Under the pieces are notes generated by a model that searched no databases, had not been told where the DNA came from, and saw only the letters and a program-made list of their open reading frames with translations. This document shows positions 10,945 through 21,102 of a stretch of DNA of 64,000 nt, in pieces. The DNA is from Candidatus Latescibacterota bacterium (GTDB lineage: Bacteria > Latescibacterota > UBA2968). How positions within the stretch are numbered: the first letter of the stretch is position 1; every line of letters starts with the position of its first letter. The position numbers and the translations under genes were made by a program. The stretch covers positions 1,792,001 to 1,856,000 of the forward strand of contig OZ241986.1 of assembly GCA_965204375.1 (NCBI GenBank), read 5' to 3'.

Positions 10945-11880
10945 CTAAAGCACAGTGAGATCGAAGGGATTGGACCACGCCTTGTCGCCATTTGGTGCAA
11001 TAATCTCAAAACGCACGTGTTTTGAGCCGGGCCGCAGCACGAAAGTGGCGGCCTCAAATAGCTTACCACCCTCGTGGTATTCGGTTCCCCTCGAATCTAA
11101 GACCGCAGCGATCCGCTGTGCGGGTGAGCATTTTACCGTGGCTTCAACCGTGCGACCTTCCCCACTATGCAACTGAATATCAAAAATCTGTGGCCCCGTT
11201 GACGAATAACCCGCACCAGATTCCAGTGCTTCGACAATGGCTTTGGGTGACCGTTCCTTCACACGCACCATAGTCCAGCCCTGATACGTATCGCGCTCTT
11301 CTGAATCAGCCGCGTGGGAATCGTCATTGCCCAGTGCCGGGAGCAATTGTCCGGACAAATCCATCCAATCGTCCCAGTGCACAGAAGACTCACCGCGCCC
11401 GGCGCACCGACAAGTCGTATTAAAAACTTCTATCCCCGCCAAACCCGTCAGCGGCATTGTATCGCGCAAAATATTGACCCCACTCCAGTGCGGATGTGCG
11501 AGCCAGATCGAACCCCCCTGTTTTTTTACTTCATCAATCACATGTTGCGGGGGCATCGCCCGGGCATCCATATCCTCTGAAATATTGAGTGCCACAAAGT
11601 GGTGGCGGTCGCCGCCAAAGGGATTGTCGGGATGCAATTCAGCACCCTGGATAAGCGTAAAATTTTCAGGACAGGTCAGTGTTTCGACAAATGTGATATC
11701 GTTATGATCTGATACACACAAATAATCGTAGCCCTGATTGATATACCCATCCACCCGTTCTTGCGGCGAGACCCGCCCATCTGAATTTGTCGAATGGCTA
11801 TGCAAATTCCCCTTCAGCCACATATAACCATCGCCATCAGATAAAACAAACGGATTTACCAACCCATTTTCCTCGGACAT
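10945..11880 (-). CDS. PHP-domain metallohydrolase (CehA/McbA-like)
   Basis: KGNLHSHSTNSDG, VSDHN, LAHPHWS, IEVFN, GNDDSH, AWSNP. Confidence 0.85.
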   Translation of the reverse strand: MSEENGLVNPFVLSDGDGYMWLKGNLHSHSTNSDGRVSPQERVDGYINQGYDYLCVSDHNDITFVETLTCPENFTLIQGAELHPDNPFGGDRHHFVALNISEDMDARAMPPQHVIDEVKKQGGSIWLAHPHWSGVNILRDTMPLTGLAGIEVFNTTCRCAGRGESSVHWDDWMDLSGQLLPALGNDDSHAADSEERDTYQGWTMVRVKERSPKAIVEALESGAGYSSTGPQIFDIQLHSGEGRTVEATVKCSPAQRIAAVLDSRGTEYHEGGKLFEAATFVLRPGSKHVRFEIIAPNGDKAWSNPFDLTVL

Positions 11881-11904
11881 AACAAACTCCTTTGATTTAA
11901 TTCC

Positions 11905-13038
11905 TCACTCCTGCCACCAGACCTTCCCATCCCGAACAGACGCGCGACAAACCAATCGCTGCTCACCCATCAACACCTGTTCCATCGCGTCGGTCAACTC
12001 AAATTTCCCTTTTTCCAATTCAAATACAGCGACATCGCCCGCAGCACCAACCCCCAGGTGTCCAAGATCATCCTCTCGATCAATCACCTGTGCCGGTTCA
12101 ATGGTTGAGCGTTGAATCACTTCCTCGAGCGACATGCCCAAATTCAGAAACTTGGACATCGTCGTCGGCAAGTCGTAAACAGGACCATCGATATTGTACG
12201 AATGGATATCACTGCTGATGGTATCGGGTGGAAAACCATCTTCCATCGCTGCGCGCCCCACGTCGTAACTAAAACTGCCCAATCCGTGGCCAATGTCAAA
12301 AATCACCCCGCGATCGCGCGCATCCCACGCCTCAGAAATCACCTTTCCCCGATTGTCGATAATCGACGCGGGTTGCGTACCGTGAAAACAATGGGTCACA
12401 ATATCGCCGGGGCGCAGAGGCTGAAGCAGGTCGCGCAAAGGCACATCGGCATTGCTGATATGAACCATCAGGGGTTTTTCGCACCGATTGGCGGCTTCCA
12501 GGGCAATTTGCAACAAATCGCGCACATCCGCATCGCCGCCCACGCCTTTGTACAAACGCACCTTAACGCCCAGTGCTGTTTTAGGGTGATTCAAAACCGT
12601 CTGCGCGCATTCGCTGGCCGACACATAGCCCTCATACACCATCTCGCCGCGCCGCCAGGGCAACCCGACACCCGACAGATTGACATAGGCCAAAATGCGC
12701 GTTGAAGACGGCTCCATCACATAGCGCTCCAATCCGCGATAATTGATCCATCCCGCCGTCCCCGTATCAACACTCGTTGTCACGCCCGTGCGCGGACACA
12801 AATCATCGGCCTCTATGCCAAAACTCGACACATCTTTGTACACATGGGTATGCAAATCGATCAGCCCCGGCATCACGAGACATCCGCTTGCGTCAATTAC
12901 TGAATCAGCCTCACCCAAATCGCGCCCAATAGCTGCCACCACGCCATCCTTCAACGCCACATCCAATGCGCCATGTACGCCATTGGCCGGATCTATCACC
13001 GTGCCACCTGTTATCAACACATCGTATTGACCAGCCAT
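11905..13038 (-). CDS. Amidohydrolase/deacetylase-family metallohydrolase (dihydroorotase-like)
   Basis: PGLIDLHTH, VDTGTAG, GVKVR, MVHI, THCF, DIGHG, SSDIH. ATG at 13038 after GAGGA. Confidence 0.85.
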   Translation of the reverse strand: MAGQYDVLITGGTVIDPANGVHGALDVALKDGVVAAIGRDLGEADSVIDASGCLVMPGLIDLHTHVYKDVSSFGIEADDLCPRTGVTTSVDTGTAGWINYRGLERYVMEPSSTRILAYVNLSGVGLPWRRGEMVYEGYVSASECAQTVLNHPKTALGVKVRLYKGVGGDADVRDLLQIALEAANRCEKPLMVHISNADVPLRDLLQPLRPGDIVTHCFHGTQPASIIDNRGKVISEAWDARDRGVIFDIGHGLGSFSYDVGRAAMEDGFPPDTISSDIHSYNIDGPVYDLPTTMSKFLNLGMSLEEVIQRSTIEPAQVIDREDDLGHLGVGAAGDVAVFELEKGKFELTDAMEQVLMGEQRLVCRASVRDGKVWWQE

Positions 13039-13045
13039 ATCATCC

Positions 13046-14044
13046 TCACGATCGCTCTGCAATATAGGTTTCCGCATCAATTTTTCCCTCGGCAATCAAT
13101 TCGCGGAACAGTACCACAGTTTCAGCCACGCCTTCTGTCAGCTGCTTGTGCGCCACTGTGCCAATCGCAGCCTCTAATCCACTGCCATCGACTTCCTGGG
13201 GAAACGGCAACTGAATATCTTCAAACGTAATCTTATCCGCAGCTTCAGGTGCTGCCCGATCAATCGCATCCTTCACATCCTGCATATCGGGTGCAAATCC
13301 CCCCAAATTAAATGCCCCGGCACCTGTGTAATCAGCCCGTGCAGCCTGAATAAACGCACGCGCCGTATCATCCGCATACTGAAAAACAGTGCGCCCACCA
13401 TAAGAAATGTGATAGGGCAAATTGGCTGCCGCTGCGAGCATAGCTGTCGTTGGCGTAGAAGTAATTCCCTGATCTCGCCCCACCCCATAGACCACATAGG
13501 GCCGAAAGCCGATAGAAGACACCCCCTCGTCGAGCCAATACACATGCGCGGTTCCCTCATTCGCCTGTTTGTACACGCCGTAATGCGTATGGGGCATCAG
13601 CGCGGAATCATCTCGCATCACAGCGCCCGGCTCGTAATCTTCGGGCGCGCCAAAAACAGCGACAGAGCTTGCATAGACCACTTTGCCAATGTGCTCCCGT
13701 CGGCGTTTCACAGCTTCAAAAACATTTGCAGTACCCACCACATTGACCCGCGCGCCGAGCGGCGGATCGGCCTTGCAAAACGGCACTTGAAGCCCGGCCA
13801 GATGAATGACATGGGTAATATCATTATCGTCCAGAGCCTCTTCAAAAGCAGGCAAATCCGCAATATCTCCTGCAACAAAATTTACCTGCGCCAATTCGTC
13901 ATCCGACAGCAACAATTGCAACCGCCGGGGCTTTGTCGCCAGATCGAATACCGTGACTGGCACCCCTTCACGCACCAGGTTATGCACGGTCCATGCGCCA
14001 ATACACCCCAATGCACCCGTAACTAAAAAACGCTCGTCAGCCAT
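13046..14044 (-). CDS. NAD-dependent epimerase/dehydratase
   Basis: LVTGALGCIG, HLAG, ASSVAVFG, YGVYK (YxxxK). Confidence 0.9.
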   Translation of the reverse strand: MADERFLVTGALGCIGAWTVHNLVREGVPVTVFDLATKPRRLQLLLSDDELAQVNFVAGDIADLPAFEEALDDNDITHVIHLAGLQVPFCKADPPLGARVNVVGTANVFEAVKRRREHIGKVVYASSVAVFGAPEDYEPGAVMRDDSALMPHTHYGVYKQANEGTAHVYWLDEGVSSIGFRPYVVYGVGRDQGITSTPTTAMLAAAANLPYHISYGGRTVFQYADDTARAFIQAARADYTGAGAFNLGGFAPDMQDVKDAIDRAAPEAADKITFEDIQLPFPQEVDGSGLEAAIGTVAHKQLTEGVAETVVLFRELIAEGKIDAETYIAERS

Positions 14045-14054
14045 AATTCCCTCT

Positions 14055-14093
14055 AAAAAAATCCGTTGGCATACACAATCACCAACGGATTTT
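14055..14093 (-). terminator. Intrinsic terminator closing the 14-23 kb membrane operon
   Basis: AAAATCCGTTGG-N12-CCAACGGATTTT hairpin with a U-tract on the minus strand. Confidence 0.75.
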
Positions 14094-14118
14094 CGTTATC
14101 AAAATGAACCCTTTGCGA

Positions 14119-16563
14119 TCAGAACAACAAGACCGATACCGACTTCTGGATCATGGCAATAGACACAGACGCCATTCCCACGAGGGCCATCCCTACGGAA
14201 AAGCCCACCGCCAATACTGTCGCATAAAGACGCCATTGTTTCTTGCCAAAACGCTTCCAAAAATAATAGCGGGCAATCAACGCACCGATGATCTGGGTGA
14301 TCATCGTATGTGGAATATTGGTCAAACTCTGCACATAACCAAAGATCAGCAAAATGGGCAACCCAAACACGGACAAAATAATAAAGAACACAAGTCCAAC
14401 GGCAAATCCGGTGCCAATAACCCAGGGTTTCAAAGCCTCGAACAAAATAGGCTGATCATCTGACGACTGCAAAAATGCCCCGTCAAAAGAAGGCACCTGA
14501 TCGATCTCGTATTGATAGAACAACTCTCGATCCTGCGGATCCATCGCCCTGGAAATGATCATTTCTGGATTTGGCGTATTCAGATGCGCGCCATCAGCCG
14601 CACTGCGTATTTCTGGCGCAGAAGGCAACCCCAGTGCTAAAGCTTCTGAAATATCGGGAGGAGCACGACTCAGCGTTGCGGGCGGGTATGGCGGAGGCTG
14701 TGCCTCATCAAAATTGGTATAAAAATAAGCAGTACTCGACCACGGCCCATACTTGCGATCTTCAATGGGTACACTATCCGGATCATCGGGCGTTGCCCGC
14801 ACCCGCCAGTACCACCACGCATTATTCGACAAATTGGCCGGCGTCCACGTTACAGTGCCCTCTTGCGAATAGTCAACTTCGCCGCGCATAGTGCTGGTAA
14901 TCCACACACATCGCTGAAGGGCGCGCAATGGCCAGAACAATTGCACGTAAGGATATGCATCGGACGGAATGGGCGCGAGTTTCCAGATATAGGACCAGTA
15001 CATAAAACTGGTCAGAAAAACCAGCGGCACCATAAAAATTTCGGCTCTCAGAATACTCCTGAAGCTGGTACCCGTCAACTCAATCTCTCGGAATCGCTGC
15101 GCCGCTGCCCCGTAGTTATCCAGGCCAAAATCCACAAACCAGATATGAATCCCTCTGAATCCGCTCAGGAAAATCGTGGCTTCTTTAATGTATGGAATAC
15201 TCACATTTTGCCCCACCATACCGTCTAAACGGGCATTCACAAATGAAATGAGGGGCGTATAAACAAATGCAAAAATAAAGAAAAACACCAACAAGGTGGT
15301 CGTCACCAACTGCGGAAACAAAATTTTTGATATTACAATGGTGTACAAGCTCGCCAGGCAAAACAACACCACGCAAATCCAAATCCTGAAATCACCTCGT
15401 CCGGGCGGCGTCTCCCACGATCCCTTCTCGGTCTTTTCAATCCGCGCGGTTCGCACCCCCCGCCACACCTGATAAAACCCGATAACAGTAATGGCAAACG
15501 TAATACCAATGCCAAAGCTCATCCAGAAATCAATACCCGTCACAAAGTGTGTCTGAATGGTGTCCATCCCCATAAACCAGTGGGGCATATATCCATACTT
15601 ATGTAAAAGTGGGCTTGCGATTGTATGGATGACCACCCCGACAAAGGACCCTATCACTGCCCAGAAGGGGGCGAGAAAGCCTGTAAAAATAGGTCCCAGA
15701 TGCAGGGTGAAGCCCAGAGGCGTCGCGGGTAAAAAATATCCTGTATATTGCGTAAAATCGACCCAGGGAATTGGAATAAGCTGCACGGGCTGTTCCATAA
15801 ACGCACCCGTAATAGCCGGCACAGCTACATAAACCATCCCCCACACCACACCGATCACTGCGCCAATAGAAAACATGCGCCAGCGCCACGTAATATCTCC
15901 ACTGCTCTCTTCTGCCAATGCCATAGCCCCATGCGCGTTGATGGGTGCAAACGGAAATGGCAGATTCTCGTAATCGGACGTGATTCGGAACAACACATAA
16001 CTGGCGGTAAACCAGGCAATGCGCCCCATAATCGTGCCCATCACCAAAAATGCAATGGGCCAAAACCAATCGGCGTGTAAAAACGTGCGCTCGATCAGTG
16101 CCTCGGAATTTGCAGGAGGTGCCCACCACCACAGTTCGCTCAATGACTTTTGTATGCCAAATTGTACGGCTGCAGGCGACTGCACAAAATACTGATGCCA
16201 CAACAGACCTTCAAAGGCATTGGACTCCCGGTTGACCAGCGAACTCGTCACATAAAACAGCAGATAGACTTCTTGCCGCTTGAGTATGGTAAACGAGCGC
16301 TTTGCCAGTTCGATAAACAAAATAATCGTGACCCACTGCGCTGCCGCGCCAATCGAGCCACCGATCATCAGATCCAGATAAATATTGCCGGGCACCATCA
16401 CAATCGACACAAATAACGCACCCACAATGGTCTTGCTATTGAACCCATTGACAAATTCGTCTGGATCGTCGAGCAGATCTCGATACTCTTCAATCTCTTC
16501 AAATTGCGTATTTTTCTTTGGTGGTTTGTCTTTGTTCCGTCTTAAAAGATTGCCTAAAGCCAT
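14119..16563 (-). CDS. OPT-like (oligopeptide transporter superfamily) polytopic membrane protein with an inserted FN3-like domain
   Basis: Many TM segments; AAAQWVTIILFIE, ENLPFPFAP, VSIPYIKEA, FREIELTGT. Soluble insertion at about 14455-14886. Confidence 0.7.
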   Translation of the reverse strand: MALGNLLRRNKDKPPKKNTQFEEIEEYRDLLDDPDEFVNGFNSKTIVGALFVSIVMVPGNIYLDLMIGGSIGAAAQWVTIILFIELAKRSFTILKRQEVYLLFYVTSSLVNRESNAFEGLLWHQYFVQSPAAVQFGIQKSLSELWWWAPPANSEALIERTFLHADWFWPIAFLVMGTIMGRIAWFTASYVLFRITSDYENLPFPFAPINAHGAMALAEESSGDITWRWRMFSIGAVIGVVWGMVYVAVPAITGAFMEQPVQLIPIPWVDFTQYTGYFLPATPLGFTLHLGPIFTGFLAPFWAVIGSFVGVVIHTIASPLLHKYGYMPHWFMGMDTIQTHFVTGIDFWMSFGIGITFAITVIGFYQVWRGVRTARIEKTEKGSWETPPGRGDFRIWICVVLFCLASLYTIVISKILFPQLVTTTLLVFFFIFAFVYTPLISFVNARLDGMVGQNVSIPYIKEATIFLSGFRGIHIWFVDFGLDNYGAAAQRFREIELTGTSFRSILRAEIFMVPLVFLTSFMYWSYIWKLAPIPSDAYPYVQLFWPLRALQRCVWITSTMRGEVDYSQEGTVTWTPANLSNNAWWYWRVRATPDDPDSVPIEDRKYGPWSSTAYFYTNFDEAQPPPYPPATLSRAPPDISEALALGLPSAPEIRSAADGAHLNTPNPEMIISRAMDPQDRELFYQYEIDQVPSFDGAFLQSSDDQPILFEALKPWVIGTGFAVGLVFFIILSVFGLPILLIFGYVQSLTNIPHTMITQIIGALIARYYFWKRFGKKQWRLYATVLAVGFSVGMALVGMASVSIAMIQKSVSVLLF

Positions 16564-16584
16564 AGATTTTCCCGTCTATAGATA

Positions 16585-19500
16585 CTATGCGTTGACCGCT
16601 GCTGTGGGAGCAGAGAGCAATTCCCGCCCTTTTTCCGTGTATTTGGCGCGATTACCTGGATCAACCGTTCGCCAGATCAAAAACTGTTTGCGAAGCGCAT
16701 TCATAAAGCCCTGATTGCCCCGTCGCCACGAAGCCACATCGCCCGAAAGCCGATCTATTGTCAGGGTCATCGAAAAAATATTGTGCTCTCCCGTGGGCAC
16801 GGCTTCAAAATGCACCTGCTGACTTACGCCCAAATCATAAGGTGCCAACCATATCGTCGTATCAATCGTATATCCCGCGCCGGTTGCTGCTTCAACCGAA
16901 TCAAAACGCGCGCCATCTGTATAAAACGCGCCCATGGACTCGCCCATGTGCGACTCGAAATAATCCACCAAAAACACCGACAGCCCAAATACATCTTTGC
17001 CGCCCACGGTAAATGGAAACTCAAAATGCCAGTGATCGCCTTCCGGATCGGGCAACTTCCAGCGGCGCGTCACATCGGGCACGGCCATCATTGACGCCTG
17101 GCGCGCGGGATAGATCGACGACAGCAAAACCACCACCATCACCAGTGCCGAAGAAATCACCGTTGACAATGCCGAATAATTCACATTAAGCCCTTGCAAC
17201 AACCCCTGCCACAACAAAATTTTGATCACCCCTTGCCCGAGCAAATACCCCGATACAGTACCCAGTACGGCATAAACGCACGCCTCGGCAATAAACAAAA
17301 AGGCGATGTGTACAGGTGCCAGGCCCACAGCAGAATAAATGCCGATCTCGCGGAAACGCTCGTACACCGACCCCATCATCGTATTCAGTACAATTAGCGC
17401 AGCCACCAGGATGGGAACAAACAAATTGGCAAGGCCGGGCAATGGACCCCATCCCAGCGAACTGTAAATTGACACCTGAATTTTGCCATCTTCCCCAGGA
17501 ATACCCGCGTACACAACCACCGACAACCGCGACACATATTCTTTGACCTGTTCCTCAACATTTACATCTTCGCGCAAACGAATCGCCACAGATTGCAGTG
17601 GGCTACCCACCTCTCGCAATATCTTATAGGGAATAATGGCAACATCGTCAGGATCAATATGCTCGAATGGCATGTTCTCGAGCTGAGGCTGTTCCAGGCC
17701 CTGTTTTTCGCGACTCTCCTGCTGAGTCATCTGAGAGATAATTTCATCATCCGTCAGCTTAAAATCTGCCGGACTCAACATCTCGCCATCCAGGTCCTTG
17801 AGATCGCGCATTTTTTCTGCATCGATCAACCCCACGATTTTCAACTGTTTGCCGAATAAGCGCACGCTCTTTTTGCCAACATCCTCTGGCTCTACCTTGA
17901 GCAATCCGGCTATTTTGCCTGGCAAAATACACGCGATCTCACCCTCTTCAAACCACCGTCCATGGCTCAACAAAGTATCGATGCTCGTGACTGCAGGCTC
18001 ATTGACCGATAGTCCCACTATCCCCAGCACTTTGGTCGATTTTTCAGGCGTTTCAATAGGCGTCTTTTTTAAGTCTCGCGTCACATACCAGCTGCGCGGT
18101 GCAATCTCACCCTGATCGAAAAAATTGATGCGGGCGTAATCATAAGCCGTATCCTCCAGCGGTCCCCAGAACTGGCTGCGGATCAACAGCCCTGGGTACT
18201 TACCTTCGGTATCATCCAGAGGGAGTTGATGAAAATCGAGCGTCGTCTTAATCGATGTAAAGGACAACACCGTAAATGTCAACAAGACCAGTGTCGCAAA
18301 TGTCAGACCGGTGCGCATTTTGCGCTTTTTCATGTTGGCAATACCCAACTGAAATGCTGCCACCGATGCGCTTATACGCCCCACATCCGTATCGTGCAAC
18401 AACACCTCTTCGGTACGCAACTGTCGGATATTGTCGTGAAACCGCCCCGACACAATGGCAATCACAAAAATTGCCAGTGCCAGAATCACAAAAGCCAGCA
18501 AAATCACAAACGGATTGGAGAGATCAAAAGCGGGATGCACCTGCGCGAGAACGATCCAGATCACCAAAAAAACCACGCCAAAACCGCCGATTTGTACCCG
18601 GATATCGGAAAAGGTAAAAAGCAACCGCTCGACAAAAAACGCACACGGAATGACCAGTAGCATAAAGAAAATTACGCCTCGAATCACATCGTTTTGCGTT
18701 GATTTTACGTCTGGATAGGCGCGCGATTCGAGGCCCATACCCGCGCGTGTGTGTTTGACAAACAAATCCCATTTCTTGTCTTGCATCGCTTCTTCAGCCA
18801 GATCCAGATGCTCTTTGGCCTGATCGTGCAAATTGGTCATTCGCTGGTTCTCAATCGAATACTTCGCCAATTCGCGCATTCGCGCCTCGTTCAGCGTCCA
18901 CATGTCTTTTGCGGCCTGGAACGAAGAGCGAATAAACGCCCCCCCGTGTTGCAAAATCTGAAACCCATCGCCACGCGCTACTTCCACACTTTCCGCACTC
19001 TTTGAGTTCAACAACAAATAGCGCACGCCGATCTCCCGCTCCCGCATCACAATTTTGATCCGTTCGCCCGGCGTTGTGAAAATGGTTCCCACCGGTTCTT
19101 CTGGACCAAAGCCAATGGCATAGCCGTATTCTTGCGGTGCCGTATTGCCGGGACCGAGCACGCTGATGCTCGTCAACTTGGTGAGATAACGAGGATCGAC
19201 TGTATCGTAAAAATCCGTAGCAATACACGGAAACAAAATCCGCGTGCGCTTGGATATCCACCAGTCCATATTAAACTCACCCCGGTATATGCGCGCCTGG
19301 CGACCGTGATTGGGCGCGTACGTAATTTCGCCGCTTTCTGGATCCATATAAAAAGCCTTCACATCCACGCGGCGTTCGGCAATGCCCGGCATGTAAAATT
19401 CGCCATTTTCATCGGCAATGTCGTAATAGACGCGGCGCACGCCTTTAATCGATTTGTCATTGCCCATTCGCAGCGAAGCCACAGCACCAGGGCGGGGACG

Positions 19501-21102
19501 GTCAGGGGTAATGCTCAGTCGGGGAAATGTACGCACAAAACCCTGTAACCCACGCATGCGATCGTCGGGGTCCAGCTTGTAATCGGGCAAAAAATCTTCG
19601 GAATTTAACCCGAGGTCGAGTACGCCTGCGAGCAGACGTACCTGCCCGGTGAGATTTTCGAAATTCACATGCTCGGGCTTATCCAGCGGGGTATCTACTC
19701 TGAAACGCGCATCGTTGACCGTAATGAGCGACAGTGCCGGCGTACCCGCTTCCAAAACGACCTCGCCATCTGTTTTCAGAATTTTCCCCGGAATATACAT
19801 ATCCCAGTTCATGCCGCCTTTGGGATTGATCCCATCGATGAGAGCATCGGCGGGGTCCAGATCAAAGCGCTCGGCTATCGCTTCTGAATAATGCACAAGC
19901 GATTTGCCAAATGGCGTGAAGAAACGCTTGTAATAAAAATTGCGCGTGCTGTTCCAAACCCCGATTTCATCTGTCTGACTCGTCAAATCCAGAGAAATCA
20001 ACAGCGGCAGTTCAAGGGGTTCGGTCATCAATGCGGCAAAATGCTTTTCCTTGCGAGAATGCCTGCTCAAAAAATCGCAAATGCCCCTGAATCCGAGATG
20101 ATGCGCGGAAGATGCGAGAAACAAAAGCGTGTGTTTGGGCGGGTACTTGCTGAAATATTCGGCCAACTTCATCACGCCCACAATCCCACACGCCATCTCT
20201 GCACCCGGCGCGCGCGCGGGCACCACAGACATCGCATCGTAATACGTATTGATCACTACGATTTTTTCGCTCAATACGGGATCGGTTCCGCGAATCCAGC
20301 CCAAAATATTCCGCGTCTCTTTCTTTTCCCAATCCATTCGCGCCTTCAAAGTGACATTGACCTCATCTTTTTGCGCGAGCAATCCCTTGAGTTTTTCGCC
20401 GCTCTCCTTATCTATCCAAAAACGCTCTACACTATTGGGCACCTGCAAAAATTTGGTCTCTGCCTGTGCGGTAAATGTGGAATCGGGTTCTATAAACACA
20501 ATCTGTTGCGCGCCGAGCATGGCGGCATTGAGCCAGTTGTTCCACGAATTAAATTCCATCAACACCACCGCACCCTCTACATCGCGCCCATTAAATTCCG
20601 ATACCTCGCCAGTGCCCCCCCACAAGAGATGCCCCCGAACTCCACCCGGAGGTAAGGTGGTTGTCTTGACCAGATTGGGCCACAAACCGTGAATGGTAAA
20701 AACCTCGTCGGTATCTTCCACCACTAAGCTGCCGCCCCGGTCTATGGGCACGGCCACGCCATACGTCTCGGCTTCTACGTCTTCCATGCCAAAACGCCGA
20801 AATTCAGATTCTATAAAATCCGCGATTTTTTCATGGCCGGGATAACCCACTACGCGTGAATCGTAACGCACAAACTGATCCATCAACATGCGAATTCCAT
20901 CTTCGCGCACAGCATCCAAAACCCGTGTACCCACTTCTTCTGCACGAGGAACGGGCACAGGAGGAACCTCGCCGGGCGTTTCCAATCCCAACAAAGCAGC
21001 TATATGGGGATTTACGCGATAGGGACCGGCAATCAGGAGCGCGGTGACAAAAATCCCCAGACCGATAAGGCTCCACACAATTTGCTTGTAATATTTATCC
21101 AT
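16585..21102 (-). CDS. M28-like/PA domain + FtsX/MacB-type ABC permease fusion (1505 aa)
   Basis: SRVVGYPG, NILGWIRG, YYDAMS, APGAE (M28 fold); KRKMRTGLTFATL and SVYERFREIGIYSAVGL...AEACVY...SIYPARQAS (FtsX permease signature). Confidence 0.82.
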   Translation of the reverse strand: MDKYYKQIVWSLIGLGIFVTALLIAGPYRVNPHIAALLGLETPGEVPPVPVPRAEEVGTRVLDAVREDGIRMLMDQFVRYDSRVVGYPGHEKIADFIESEFRRFGMEDVEAETYGVAVPIDRGGSLVVEDTDEVFTIHGLWPNLVKTTTLPPGGVRGHLLWGGTGEVSEFNGRDVEGAVVLMEFNSWNNWLNAAMLGAQQIVFIEPDSTFTAQAETKFLQVPNSVERFWIDKESGEKLKGLLAQKDEVNVTLKARMDWEKKETRNILGWIRGTDPVLSEKIVVINTYYDAMSVVPARAPGAEMACGIVGVMKLAEYFSKYPPKHTLLFLASSAHHLGFRGICDFLSRHSRKEKHFAALMTEPLELPLLISLDLTSQTDEIGVWNSTRNFYYKRFFTPFGKSLVHYSEAIAERFDLDPADALIDGINPKGGMNWDMYIPGKILKTDGEVVLEAGTPALSLITVNDARFRVDTPLDKPEHVNFENLTGQVRLLAGVLDLGLNSEDFLPDYKLDPDDRMRGLQGFVRTFPRLSITPDRPRPGAVASLRMGNDKSIKGVRRVYYDIADENGEFYMPGIAERRVDVKAFYMDPESGEITYAPNHGRQARIYRGEFNMDWWISKRTRILFPCIATDFYDTVDPRYLTKLTSISVLGPGNTAPQEYGYAIGFGPEEPVGTIFTTPGERIKIVMREREIGVRYLLLNSKSAESVEVARGDGFQILQHGGAFIRSSFQAAKDMWTLNEARMRELAKYSIENQRMTNLHDQAKEHLDLAEEAMQDKKWDLFVKHTRAGMGLESRAYPDVKSTQNDVIRGVIFFMLLVIPCAFFVERLLFTFSDIRVQIGGFGVVFLVIWIVLAQVHPAFDLSNPFVILLAFVILALAIFVIAIVSGRFHDNIRQLRTEEVLLHDTDVGRISASVAAFQLGIANMKKRKMRTGLTFATLVLLTFTVLSFTSIKTTLDFHQLPLDDTEGKYPGLLIRSQFWGPLEDTAYDYARINFFDQGEIAPRSWYVTRDLKKTPIETPEKSTKVLGIVGLSVNEPAVTSIDTLLSHGRWFEEGEIACILPGKIAGLLKVEPEDVGKKSVRLFGKQLKIVGLIDAEKMRDLKDLDGEMLSPADFKLTDDEIISQMTQQESREKQGLEQPQLENMPFEHIDPDDVAIIPYKILREVGSPLQSVAIRLREDVNVEEQVKEYVSRLSVVVYAGIPGEDGKIQVSIYSSLGWGPLPGLANLFVPILVAALIVLNTMMGSVYERFREIGIYSAVGLAPVHIAFLFIAEACVYAVLGTVSGYLLGQGVIKILLWQGLLQGLNVNYSALSTVISSALVMVVVLLSSIYPARQASMMAVPDVTRRWKLPDPEGDHWHFEFPFTVGGKDVFGLSVFLVDYFESHMGESMGAFYTDGARFDSVEAATGAGYTIDTTIWLAPYDLGVSQQVHFEAVPTGEHNIFSMTLTIDRLSGDVASWRRGNQGFMNALRKQFLIWRTVDPGNRAKYTEKGRELLSAPTAAVNA

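Noticed and set aside
11905-13038. pyrC dihydroorotase
   Set aside because: Motifs fit the deacetylase-like amidohydrolase subgroup and the context is catabolic.
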